Origin: Planctomycetota bacterium
Lineage (GTDB): Bacteria; Planctomycetota; UBA1135; UBA2386
DNA length: 64,000 nucleotides
Reading direction: 5' to 3'
Assembly: GCA_965223545.1 (NCBI GenBank)
Contig: OZ245006.1
Location: 6,752,001 to 6,816,000 of the forward strand
How positions within the stretch are numbered: position 1 is the first letter of the stretch; the number at the start of each line of letters is the position of its first letter. The notes under the pieces are model-generated. The model was not told the DNA's origin. It made no database searches and saw only the letters and a program-made list of their open reading frames with translations. Shown piece by piece: positions 10,815-20,330 of the stretch. The translations under genes were made by a program, and so were the position numbers.

Positions 10815-11348
10815 ATGTCCACGACGACCGGTGAGCTGCGAGCGGGCGGGCGGGCAGAGACCCGCGCCGGTTCCGCCGCCGGCCGCGATGCCTGGATCGC
10901 GCGCCAGAGCGACCTGCTGTGGCGCTACCTGCGGTATCTCGGTGCCAGCCGCGAGCTCGCCGAGGACGTGATGCAGGAAGTGCTGATCCGCGCGCTCGCG
11001 CATCACGGCACCGCGCGGCCGGGGTGGCTGCGTACCACCGCGCGCAACCTGCTGGTCGACCATTGGCGGCGCGAGGGCCGGGCACCGCTTTCGGTCGACG
11101 CCGCCGCGCTCGAGCGGGTTTGGTGTGCGCAGGACACCGACGCGCGCCGGGGCGCGCTGCGCGCCTGTCTCGATGGGCTGCCGGCGCGTTCGCGTCAGGT
11201 GCTCGAGCTGCGCTACGGCGATGGCCTTGGTTGGTCGGAGATCGGCGCGCGCATCGGTCTGCGCGCGCAGGGGGTCAAGAGCTTGTTGCAGCGGCTGCGC
11301 GTCGCTGTGCGCGGTTGCGTCGAACGGAGGTTGCGCGATGAAGAATGA
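10815..11348 (+). CDS. ECF RNA polymerase sigma factor (planctomycete/verrucomicrobial type)
   Basis: Region 2: LWRYLRYLG...AEDVMQEV, WLRTTARNL. Region 4: ALRACLDGLPARSRQVLELRYGDG..EIG...GVKSLLQR. Confidence 0.9.
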   Translation: MSTTTGELRAGGRAETRAGSAAGRDAWIARQSDLLWRYLRYLGASRELAEDVMQEVLIRALAHHGTARPGWLRTTARNLLVDHWRREGRAPLSVDAAALERVWCAQDTDARRGALRACLDGLPARSRQVLELRYGDGLGWSEIGARIGLRAQGVKSLLQRLRVAVRGCVERRLRDEE

Positions 11349-13008
11349 CGAGCAGCGGTTGAGCGCGGCTTGGCTGACGGCGGCGTTGGAGGCGGAGCTG
11401 GGCGCGGTACCCGACGTGCGCGCGGCGGTGTTGGCGGCGGCTCCAAGCGTGCCGCCGCGCGCGGGCCTTCGGCGGCGCGGATGGCGAGTCGCGACCGCGG
11501 CGCTGGCGGCGGCGACGACGGTGGCGATCTTGCTATGGCCTCCGGCCGGCGTGTCGACCACGCCCGCGGATCGCGAGGCCCAGGACCCGGCGCCGGTCGA
11601 GCGCGCGGTGACCGCGACCTCGGTCGACGCTCTGCGTGCCCTGCTGGCCGACCTGCGCGCCGTGCGGCTCGGCTACGAGCACGCCTACACGCGCCACGCT
11701 TCCCCGGCGGGCGTGGCGATGGAGATCAACGGCTGGATCGAGGTCCCCGGCGTGGTGGTCGAGGCACCGCTCCGCGCCCTCGAGCTGCTGGATCGGCCGC
11801 CGCGGCCGGGGCGTCACGGCGCCGTCAACTTCCGCCTCGCGCGGTGCGAGCTCTTGTTGTCCGGCGAACGCGTGCTGCGCGGTGGGTTCTGGTTTGGCGA
11901 GGGCGGCGGCGTGTTCGTGCCCGAGCTGGGCATGTGCGCGGTGAGCGAGGCATCGCAGCAGCGCGTCGCGGCATTGCTGCCGGACCTCGACGCGCTGGCC
12001 GCGGAGCGCTTTGCGTTGGTCGCGACTGTCGAGCAGCTGCGCGCAGTGCCGCGGTCGGTCGAGCACGTCGTCGCCTGCGGCCTCGGCGACGCCGACCTCG
12101 CCGGGTTCGCCGCGCTGCCGGGGCTGCGCCGGGTCGCGCTCGACGCCGACGGGCTCGGGCGCGCCGGCGTGCCGTTCGTGCGCGCCGCGCTCGGCGACGG
12201 CGCGGTGCGGGCGCTCGCCGGCTGGGGCGGGCTCGAGGCGGTCGAACTCGCCGGCGCACGGGTGTCGGCGGCGGCGCTGCGCGAGCTGTCGGCGCTGCCG
12301 CGCTTGACCTCGGTGATGCTGCGCGACTGCGCGCTCACCCTGCACGAGGCGCCGCCCGCGAAGGCGGAGGTCGTTTTGCGCGCCGAGCGGGTCGAGCTGC
12401 GCGGCGGCTCGGCCACCGGCCTCGAGACCGACGGGCTGGCGCGGATCGCCGCGCGACATCTCTCGATCACGGGTGGGGGTGGGGGAGGTGTGCTGGCGTT
12501 GCCGGAGGACGGCGAGCTGCCGGCTGGGCTCGAGCAGCTGGAGCTCGCCTTCGTCACGCTCGATCTGTCGGCGCTGCCGTCGTACGCCCAGCTGCGCCGC
12601 CTCGCGCTGCGCGGCTGCGGGCTGTCGTCGGAGACGCTGGTGGCGATTGCCGCGACCCGGCTCGAGCGGCTCGAGCTGTCGGGCTGCCGCGGTGTCGACG
12701 GCGCGGCGTTGCGGACGGCGCTGGCGCTGCCGTCGCTGCGCGCGGTCGCCTTGCGCGAGCAGAACGCAGGGCGCGGCACGGATGTCGACCTGGCCGTCGT
12801 GCTCGTCGAAGCCGCCGCCGGGATCGAGGAGCTCGATCTGACCGGCTCGACCTGTGATCGAGCAGTGCTCGACGTGTTGCGGCAGCGCACGGGGCTCAGG
12901 GTGCTGCGCTTGGGTGGCACCGGCTTGTCGGACCTGGATCTCGACCGGCTGCGGCGGCGGCTGCCGAGCACGCTCGTGCTGCCCGAACCGGCGTCGGGCG
13001 GGCGGTAG
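11338..13008 (+). CDS. Putative anti-sigma factor: single TM, extracytoplasmic leucine-rich repeats
   Basis: Overlaps the sigma stop codon. Short N-terminal domain, Arg cluster, TM (VATAALAAATTVAILLWP), then LxxLxLxxC-type repeats (LRRLALRGCGL, LERLELSGCRGV, IEELDLTGS, LRVLRLGGT). Confidence 0.75.
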   Translation: MKNDEQRLSAAWLTAALEAELGAVPDVRAAVLAAAPSVPPRAGLRRRGWRVATAALAAATTVAILLWPPAGVSTTPADREAQDPAPVERAVTATSVDALRALLADLRAVRLGYEHAYTRHASPAGVAMEINGWIEVPGVVVEAPLRALELLDRPPRPGRHGAVNFRLARCELLLSGERVLRGGFWFGEGGGVFVPELGMCAVSEASQQRVAALLPDLDALAAERFALVATVEQLRAVPRSVEHVVACGLGDADLAGFAALPGLRRVALDADGLGRAGVPFVRAALGDGAVRALAGWGGLEAVELAGARVSAAALRELSALPRLTSVMLRDCALTLHEAPPAKAEVVLRAERVELRGGSATGLETDGLARIAARHLSITGGGGGGVLALPEDGELPAGLEQLELAFVTLDLSALPSYAQLRRLALRGCGLSSETLVAIAATRLERLELSGCRGVDGAALRTALALPSLRAVALREQNAGRGTDVDLAVVLVEAAAGIEELDLTGSTCDRAVLDVLRQRTGLRVLRLGGTGLSDLDLDRLRRRLPSTLVLPEPASGGR

Positions 13009-13119
13009 AGACTTGCGGCGGACCGCGACGGCGGGCGGGCGGTCTGCCCCTGCCCGTTACCGCAGCGGTTTTCTCGAATACCCGGGTGCCGTCCCCGCGA
13101 GCTTGTTTGGCAGCAGACA

Positions 13120-13647
13120 GTGCAGTTTGTCCGCGACGCGTCCACGTCCAGTTTGGACTCCTTTGTTCGCCGCCACATGCCCGACGTTTGGCACTACCTC
13201 CGCCTCTGCGGCTGCGATGCCGAGACCGCCGACGACCTGACGCAGGAGGCGTTCTTGGTGGCGCTGCGCAAGGGCGTCACGCCGGAGCCCGAGCGCGGCG
13301 CACGGCGCTACCTGCGGCGGACGGCGCGCTTCGTGCTGCTGCAGCACCGCCGGCGGGTGGCGCGGGAGCGCTGGGAGCGCGGCTCCGAGGCGTGGCTGGA
13401 TGTGGTCGACGAGGTTTGGGAGGAACGGCAGGCGGCCGATCACCTCGACGGCTGGCTGGCGGCGCTGCGGCGCTGCCGCGCCAAGCTCACCGGCCGCCGC
13501 TCGCGCGCGGTGGCGCTGTTCTACGGTGAGCGGCGTTCGCGCGCCGAGGTCGCGGAGGCCCTTTCGATGACCGAGAACGGCGTCAAGACGCTGCTGCAGC
13601 GGGTGCGCGCCGATCTCCGCGCGTGTGTCGAGAGGATCCTGCGGTGA
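13120..13647 (+). CDS. ECF RNA polymerase sigma factor (second copy)
   Basis: VWHYLRLCGCDAETADDLTQEAF; ALRRCRAKL...EVAEALSMTENGVKTLLQRVR. Confidence 0.9.
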   Translation: MQFVRDASTSSLDSFVRRHMPDVWHYLRLCGCDAETADDLTQEAFLVALRKGVTPEPERGARRYLRRTARFVLLQHRRRVARERWERGSEAWLDVVDEVWEERQAADHLDGWLAALRRCRAKLTGRRSRAVALFYGERRSRAEVAEALSMTENGVKTLLQRVRADLRACVERILR

Positions 13648-15212
13648 CCGGGGGGCGGGAGACCGAACGGCAGCGGGTCGACGACCGTTGGCTCGACGTG
13701 GCCCTCGAGATGGTCGAAGGCCGTGGGCCGCGGCCGGGCCTCGCCGAAGACGTCGCGCGGCAGCTTCGCGCCGCGCCGGCGCTGCCCCGCCGCACGCGGC
13801 GTCGCTGGCCCTCGATCGCACTGGCTGCCGCCGCGGTGGTCGCGGTCGCCGGCCTGGGCTGGCTGGCGTCGGCGGGCGGATCGCCAGAGGTCGAGGTCGC
13901 ACGCGAGGTCGAGGTGGCGGTGGTGCGCTCGGCGGTCGAGGTCGCGGTGCTGCCCGAGACCACGCGCGCGGTGCGCGGTCTGGGGCTCGATGCGGCCGCC
14001 CTCGCGAGCCTGCGACGCCTGCGCTCGTTGGCTCGGCTCGAGCTGCTGCCGGCGGACGCGGATGAGGGCTACGGAGGCGAAGATCATGGAGCGGTGCCCG
14101 CACTTTCGGACCGGGGTTTCGCGACGGTCGCGACCCTTCGCGGGCTCCGCTCCGTTTCCATCGAACGGCTGCAGCTGTCACCGGCGGCGCTCGCCCGGCT
14201 GAGCGAGCTGCCGCGGTTGGACGCGTTGGCGCTCAAGGGTGTTCCGCTGAGCGACGGCCATTTCGACGCGGTCGCGCGGCTGGCGGGGCTGCGCACCTTG
14301 GTCCTCGAGGGCCCGGTCGAGGCCGGCGCCGCTGCGCACCGGCGGCTGGCGGCTCTGCCGCAGCTCGAAGACCTCGATCTGTCGGTGTCGTGGCATCGGC
14401 GCAACCCGCCGTCGGACGATCCCGCCGCGCGCGCCGCGTTCGCCCGGCAGCTGGCGGTCGTCGACGACGCTTTGCTCGAGGTGTTGGCCGGGATGCCGAG
14501 CCTGCGCCGGCTGGTGCTCCGCGGCCGGCCGGCGGTCACCGATCGCGGCCTCGCGCTGCTCGCCGCGCTGCCGCTCGAGGCGCTGGACCTGTCGGGCTGC
14601 AACGGCATCACCGACGCCGGCTTGGCGCAGCTGCCCAGCAGCCTGCGCAGCCTGTCGCTGGCGTCCTGCGCCGAGGTCGGCCGCTCGTTTCCCGAGCACT
14701 TGACCGGCTTGCGCTCGCTGGTCCTGTCGATCAATCCCAACCTCGATGACGCCCAGCTGGCGCGGATCACCGCGCTCCCCGAGCTGCGCGCGCTCGACCT
14801 GCGGGTGTGCAGCAACCTCACCGCCGAGGGCGCGCGCGCTCTGGCGGGGGCCGCCGAGCTCGAAGAGCTCTTCCTGTGCGGCTCGCCTTGGCTCGACGAC
14901 ACCGTGATGACCGCCCTGGCCCAGCTGCCGCGCCTGCGCGAGCTGGGCATGGCGGGTTTCGGCCAGAGCCAGCTGACCGGAGCCGGCGTCGCCGAGCTGG
15001 CGCGGCTGCCGCAGCTCGAAGTGCTGCACGTCTCCGGCATCCAGCCGCTGGCCGCGGCGGACGTGCGCGCCCTGGCCGGGCTGCCGTTGCGCTACCTCGA
15101 CGTCTCCGACAACCGCATCGCGTTCGACCGTGAGTCGCCGGACGTGGAGGCGCTGCGGGGGCTGTGGTCGGGGATCGAGCTGCGTGCCGATCGGGTTGCT
15201 GGCGGGCGCTGA
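13644..15212 (+). CDS. Putative anti-sigma factor: single TM, extracytoplasmic leucine-rich repeats
   Basis: GTGA overlap with the sigma gene. TM (WPSIALAAAAVVAVAGLGWLA), then many LRRs (LEALDLSGCNGITDAGL, LRALDLRVCSNLT, LRYLDVSDNRI). Confidence 0.8.
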   Translation: MTGGRETERQRVDDRWLDVALEMVEGRGPRPGLAEDVARQLRAAPALPRRTRRRWPSIALAAAAVVAVAGLGWLASAGGSPEVEVAREVEVAVVRSAVEVAVLPETTRAVRGLGLDAAALASLRRLRSLARLELLPADADEGYGGEDHGAVPALSDRGFATVATLRGLRSVSIERLQLSPAALARLSELPRLDALALKGVPLSDGHFDAVARLAGLRTLVLEGPVEAGAAAHRRLAALPQLEDLDLSVSWHRRNPPSDDPAARAAFARQLAVVDDALLEVLAGMPSLRRLVLRGRPAVTDRGLALLAALPLEALDLSGCNGITDAGLAQLPSSLRSLSLASCAEVGRSFPEHLTGLRSLVLSINPNLDDAQLARITALPELRALDLRVCSNLTAEGARALAGAAELEELFLCGSPWLDDTVMTALAQLPRLRELGMAGFGQSQLTGAGVAELARLPQLEVLHVSGIQPLAAADVRALAGLPLRYLDVSDNRIAFDRESPDVEALRGLWSGIELRADRVAGGR

Positions 15213-15290
15213 CAGCGCCTCCCGGTGATTCGGCGCCCCGGTTCTCACGGCGGTGGCTTCGAGGCTCCCGCGCCCGCATCATCGCGGCCG

Positions 15291-16358
15291 ATGAACGAAC
15301 CTCGCGCTCTTGTTCGATCGCTGGCCGGCTGTGGCGCCCTCGCTTGGCTGACGGCTTGCGCGACTCCCCTCGAGCTCGAGCCGCAGCCATCGGGCACCGA
15401 CCAAAGCCTGCGCGGCGTCTGCGCGGTCAACGCCGACGTGGTCTGGGCGAGCGGCGCGACCGGCACCGTGTTGCGCACCACCGACGGTGGTGCGACCTGG
15501 CAGCACCGCGCCATCCCCGGGGCTGAGCAGCTCGACTTTCGCGATGTGCACGCCCTCGACGCGCAGCGCGCGTGGGTGATGGTGGCGGGTGCGCCCGCGC
15601 GCATCTACGCAACCGCGGACGGCGGCGCGACGTGGCAGGTCCAGGCCGAGCATCCGAGCCCGAGCGCGTTCTACGACAGCATCGCCTTCTGGGAGCCGCA
15701 GAACGGCCTGCTGTTCGGCGATCCGGTGGAAGGCGCACTGACGGTGTGGACCACGACCGACGGCGGCGCCAGCTGGCAGCCCGCGCGCGCTCCGGAGCTG
15801 CCGGCGCCGCTGGCGGGTGAGGCCGGCTTCGCGGCCAGCGGAACCTGCGCGTGCGTGTGGGGCGACACACACGCTTGGATCGGCACCGGCGGGGGTGCGC
15901 GCGCTCGGGTGTTGCGCAGCGAAGACCGCGGCCGCAGCTGGCAGGCGGCCGACACGCCGCTGGCCGCCGGCACATCGTCGGCGGGGATCTTCTCGCTCGC
16001 GTTTCGCGATGCGCAGCACGGAGTCGCGGTCGGTGGCGACTACCAACAGCCCGCGCGGGCGACCGGCAACGCCGCGGTCAGCGCCGACGGTGGCGTCACC
16101 TGGAACGCCGCCCAGGTGTCGCCGCGCGGCTATCGCTCGGCGGTCGCCTTCGTGCCGGGCAGCGCGCGGCCGCTCTGCGTCGCGGTCGGTCCGACCGGCG
16201 TCGACTTCTCGGTCGACGGTGGGGCGCAGTGGTTGCCGTTCAGCGACGCCGGCTACCACGCGGTAGCGGTCGCGCCGGACGGCGCCGCGCTGTGGTGCGT
16301 CGGCGCCGGCGGGCGCATCGCCCGGCTGGCGGAGCCGGCGCGGCTGGGCGCGCCGTAG
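15291..16358 (+). CDS. BNR/Asp-box beta-propeller lipoprotein (YCF48-like)
   Basis: Lipobox WLTAC. Repeated Asp-boxes TTDGGATW, TADGGATW, TTDGGASW, SEDRGRSW, SADGGVTW, SVDGGAQW. Confidence 0.85.
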   Translation: MNEPRALVRSLAGCGALAWLTACATPLELEPQPSGTDQSLRGVCAVNADVVWASGATGTVLRTTDGGATWQHRAIPGAEQLDFRDVHALDAQRAWVMVAGAPARIYATADGGATWQVQAEHPSPSAFYDSIAFWEPQNGLLFGDPVEGALTVWTTTDGGASWQPARAPELPAPLAGEAGFAASGTCACVWGDTHAWIGTGGGARARVLRSEDRGRSWQAADTPLAAGTSSAGIFSLAFRDAQHGVAVGGDYQQPARATGNAAVSADGGVTWNAAQVSPRGYRSAVAFVPGSARPLCVAVGPTGVDFSVDGGAQWLPFSDAGYHAVAVAPDGAALWCVGAGGRIARLAEPARLGAP

Positions 16359-16391
16359 GGTTCCGCCGGCTCGGGCGCGGCGGCTTCTCGA

Positions 16392-17696
16392 TCAGAAGCC
16401 GATGGTCCAGTCGAGGCCGTCGCTGAACACCAGGCCCGACGCCGTCATCGGGTTGACCACATCGACGACGACCGCCTGCAGGAACAGCTGGGCGCCGACC
16501 AAGTTGGTGTTGTTCGGAATCGGGAACGAGAAGCTGGTCGTCGGCGGGCTGGTGACGAAGTTGACGTCCAGCAGCGGCGGGCTCACCAGCGCGGTGGCGC
16601 CGAGGAACGGCAACGCGAGCGGCGTGGTGCCGATCACCAGCAGGCCTGGCTCGGCGCCCGACGCGGCGTAGCTGAGGTCGAAGGCGCCGACGTCGCCGAT
16701 CGAGGGATCGGTGACCGGCACCAGGTTGGCGGTGCCGAACGCGGGGTGCGGCGGGTTGGTGCCGTAGATCGACGAAGCGCCCGCCGTGCCGATGCGCAGG
16801 TTGTCGATCAGGCCGAAGCTGAGGGCCGCGTTGTCGGAGATCGACGAGAAGATGTCCATGTAGCCGACGGTCACTGAACCGTCGCTGGCAAACGGTGCGC
16901 CGATGCCGGCGTCGAGCGCGGCGATCGCCAGTCCGTCGACGGACCAGGTCACCAGCGGTGCTCCGCCGGTGCCGCCGTCCACGTCGATCACGATCTCGAC
17001 CTCGTGCCATTCGAAGCCGAACGAGCCGGGCTGGCTGATGCCGGTCTGCTGCGGGAACCCGCCGGCCGCGGCGGCACCCTGCACCGGCAGCGCGCCGACG
17101 TCGATGCTGCCGAATTGCGCGTAGTACGGGTCGCTGGCGTTGTGCGCGCCACCACCGGCACTGGAGCTGCCGGCGAAGAACTGGCCGCTCTCGGCGAACT
17201 GCTCGCTGCCGTCCTTGTAGCCGCGGTAGTCGCGCGACGAGCCGCCCTCACCGGTCGCGGCAAACCAGGCGCCGGTGCCGGAGCCGCCGATGTTGGGGGT
17301 GCTGCCGTCACCGCCCGCGCCGCAGGTGATGAACTCGGTCGAGCCGGTGCCCCCGCCCGGGAACGGGCCGTTGGCGTTGACCCAAGCGTCGAAGCGGATG
17401 ACGCGGTCGCCCGTGTAGGTCTGCACCGTGTGCAGCGTCACCGCGTTGGCCGCGCCCGCGGTGATGTTGGCCTCGAACTTGACACCCAGCGTCGTGCCGC
17501 CCGTGGTGTTCGGCGCGGGTGGAATGCCCATCGAGCTGTAGTCGAACAGGAACGTCGCGAACGCGTCACCGGTCGAGGCGACGATGTAGCTCGCCGAGGT
17601 GTCGGTGTCGAAGTCGTCCGACACGATCTGGGCGTTGGCGACGGAGGCGCACGCGGCGGTGAGCGCGGCGGCGTGGAGCAGGCGGTTGTGATCCAT
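16392..17696 (-). CDS. Exported protein, jelly-roll-like N-domain plus shared C-terminal domain
   Basis: Signal peptide MDHNRLLHAAALTAACASVANA|Q. Gly/Ser/Thr-rich beta domain ending FGLIDNLRI, then an ~110-aa CTD. Confidence 0.75.
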   Translation of the reverse strand: MDHNRLLHAAALTAACASVANAQIVSDDFDTDTSASYIVASTGDAFATFLFDYSSMGIPPAPNTTGGTTLGVKFEANITAGAANAVTLHTVQTYTGDRVIRFDAWVNANGPFPGGGTGSTEFITCGAGGDGSTPNIGGSGTGAWFAATGEGGSSRDYRGYKDGSEQFAESGQFFAGSSSAGGGAHNASDPYYAQFGSIDVGALPVQGAAAAGGFPQQTGISQPGSFGFEWHEVEIVIDVDGGTGGAPLVTWSVDGLAIAALDAGIGAPFASDGSVTVGYMDIFSSISDNAALSFGLIDNLRIGTAGASSIYGTNPPHPAFGTANLVPVTDPSIGDVGAFDLSYAASGAEPGLLVIGTTPLALPFLGATALVSPPLLDVNFVTSPPTTSFSFPIPNNTNLVGAQLFLQAVVVDVVNPMTASGLVFSDGLDWTIGF

Positions 17697-17975
17697 GGTC
17701 TGTGATGCGGGGGAGACTCGGTTGCGGAGATGATGGGCGCACTCGGACTTCGGCCTGGTCCTCGGCCGAGAGCGCGACCGCGAGGCTACGATAGAGCGGT
17801 GCGGCGCGCTTGGGTATGGGGGGTGCGGGCGCGCCGCGCGACCTCGAGCCCGATCGCGGCGCACGCTCCAACCCTCCTTGCGACCGATGGTTGAGAACGT
17901 CCCGCCGATGTGTCGGTGGGCGGCGCACGCCCGTTGTCCGCCACCTCTTCACCGCGCGGTATGGTCGGCGCCAGC

Positions 17976-20330
17976 ATGCTCTGCTCCCTTCCGCTCTCAT
18001 CACTCGCGATCCGCCCGGTGGCCGCGATCGCTGCACTCACCGCGGCCGCCACGACATCGCCGCCGGCCGCCGCCCAGGATCCGGCCACCGCCACCGATCC
18101 CGAGGTCCGGCTGCAGCGCTACGCCCGCCACCTGGAGAAAGTCGAGAACTCGCCGCACGGCGCGCTGCGCTGGCAGTTCCTCGGGCCGACCAACATCAGC
18201 GGCCGGGTGACCGACGTCGCGGTGCCGGCGCCGCGTGGCGAGAGCTACGCGATGTATGTCGCCGGTGCCTCCGGCGGAGTGTGGAAGACCGACAACGAGG
18301 GCACGACCTGGACGCCGGTGTTCGAGCACGCGCCGTCGACGTCGATCGGCGACGTCACGGTGGCGCCGTCCGATCACGACGTGGTCTGGATCGGCACCGG
18401 CGAAGCCAACATCTTCCGCAGCTCGATGGCCGGTTGTGGCGTCTACAAGTCCATCGATGCCGGGGCGTCGTGGCAGCACATGGGACTCGCGGCGACCCAC
18501 ACCGTGGCGCGCATCGTGGTCCACCCGGCCGATCCCGACGTCGTCTACGTCGCCGCTTCCGGCCACGAATGGACCGACAACCGCGAGCGCGGCGTGTTCA
18601 AGAGCACCGACGGCGGCCAGACCTGGGAGCACTCGCTCTACATCGACGACCGCACCGGGGCCATCGATCTGGTGCTCGATCCGTCGGACCCCGAGACCCT
18701 CTACGCCGCCACCTGGGAGCGCGTGCGCAAGCGCTGGAACGACCCGCGCAACGAGGATGGCTACGACGGCAGCGGCATCTACAAGAGCACCGACGGCGGC
18801 TTGGTGTGGACGCCGTGCAACACCGGGTTGCCCGGTGCGCGGTGGCGCGGCCGGATCGGCATCGACCTGTGCGCCGCGCAGCCGCGCACTCTGTACGCGT
18901 TCGTCGACAGCTACGAGCTGGTTGACGAGGAGCCGGAGGGCACCGATTCGTACGGGAGGCCGATGCGGCGGCGCATCGAGGGGGCGCAGATCTACCGCAG
19001 CGACGACGGCGCGGAGTCCTGGCAGCGGGTGAGCCCGGCCGACGAGGCGATGCGCCGCCACTCGGGCACGTATGGTTGGGTGTTCGGTCAGATCCGCGTC
19101 GATCCCACCGACCCCGATGTGGTCTACACGATGGGGCTCGGGCTGCACGTGTCGCGCGATGGCGGCCGGACCTACCGGCGGTTGCGCGGCATGCACGGCG
19201 ACCACCATGCGCTGTGGATCGATCCCCGCAACCCCCGCTACCTGGTCAATGGCAACGACGGCGGGGCGGTGGTGTCCTACGACGGCGGCGAGACCTGGAA
19301 GTCGTTCACCGAGGGGCTGCCGATGGTGCAGTTCTTCAACGTCGGCGTCGACATGGCGGAGCCGTTCCGCGTCTACGGCTCGATCCAGGACCACGGCAGC
19401 TTCCGCGCGCCGGTCGAGCTGTCGAAGGGGCGCGACGCCATCCCCGCGCAGCGCTTCGAGCGCGCGCCGGGCGGCGAGGGCTCGAGCCACGCGATCGACC
19501 CCACGGACCCGGACACCGTCTACGCGGCCGGCTTCTACGGCCGGATCCACCGCACCGACATGCGCAGCGGCGACCGGCGCAACCTGGTGCCGCGGGCCGC
19601 GGAGGGCGAGGCCCCGCTGCGCGGTCAGTGGGTGGCGCCGTTCGTCCTGTCGCCGCACAACCCGCGGATCCTCTACCACGGGATGAACGCGCTGTTCCGC
19701 TCCTGGGATCGCGGCGAGGTGTGGGAGCAGATCAGCGGTGATCTCAGCTACGGAGACGCGGAGACCCGCGGCGACATCCCGTACCACACGATCTCGACCA
19801 TCGCCGAGTCGCCGTTCGCGTTTGGCCGGCTGTACGTCGGCACCGACGACGGCCGTGCGTGGACCACGCCGGACGGTGGTGGCGAATGGCAGGAGATCAC
19901 CGCCGGGCTGGCCTCCGATCGGTGGATCTCGCGGGTCGAGGCCTCGCGCCACGCCGAGGGCCGCTTGTTCCTGGCGCAGAACGGCAAGCGGCACGACGAC
20001 TTCCTCCCGTATCTGTGGGTGTCCGAGGACCACGGCGCGCACTGGCGCAGCCTGGCCGACGACATCCCGCTCGGGCCGATCAACGTGGTGCGCGAGGATC
20101 CGGTGCGCGCCGACGTGCTCTACGTCGGCACCGACCTGGGCGTCTACTCGAGCTGCGATCGCGGCCTCACTTGGCAGGCGTTGGCTGCTGGAATGCCGTC
20201 GACGTTCGTGCACGATTTGGTCGTGCACGAACGAGACCACCTGTTGGTCGCGGCCACGCACGGCCGCGGCATGTTCGTTCTGGATGTGCGTCCGCTGCAC
20301 GAAGGCGGCGAAGACGAGGCGCCCAAGTGA
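17976..20330 (+). CDS. Sortilin/VPS10-like BNR-repeat 'glycosyl hydrolase'
   Basis: WQFLGPTNISGRVTD, GGVWKT, many SxDGGxTW boxes, HGDHHALWIDP, ATHGRG. Start approximate. Confidence 0.88.
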   Translation: MLCSLPLSSLAIRPVAAIAALTAAATTSPPAAAQDPATATDPEVRLQRYARHLEKVENSPHGALRWQFLGPTNISGRVTDVAVPAPRGESYAMYVAGASGGVWKTDNEGTTWTPVFEHAPSTSIGDVTVAPSDHDVVWIGTGEANIFRSSMAGCGVYKSIDAGASWQHMGLAATHTVARIVVHPADPDVVYVAASGHEWTDNRERGVFKSTDGGQTWEHSLYIDDRTGAIDLVLDPSDPETLYAATWERVRKRWNDPRNEDGYDGSGIYKSTDGGLVWTPCNTGLPGARWRGRIGIDLCAAQPRTLYAFVDSYELVDEEPEGTDSYGRPMRRRIEGAQIYRSDDGAESWQRVSPADEAMRRHSGTYGWVFGQIRVDPTDPDVVYTMGLGLHVSRDGGRTYRRLRGMHGDHHALWIDPRNPRYLVNGNDGGAVVSYDGGETWKSFTEGLPMVQFFNVGVDMAEPFRVYGSIQDHGSFRAPVELSKGRDAIPAQRFERAPGGEGSSHAIDPTDPDTVYAAGFYGRIHRTDMRSGDRRNLVPRAAEGEAPLRGQWVAPFVLSPHNPRILYHGMNALFRSWDRGEVWEQISGDLSYGDAETRGDIPYHTISTIAESPFAFGRLYVGTDDGRAWTTPDGGGEWQEITAGLASDRWISRVEASRHAEGRLFLAQNGKRHDDFLPYLWVSEDHGAHWRSLADDIPLGPINVVREDPVRADVLYVGTDLGVYSSCDRGLTWQALAAGMPSTFVHDLVVHERDHLLVAATHGRGMFVLDVRPLHEGGEDEAPK

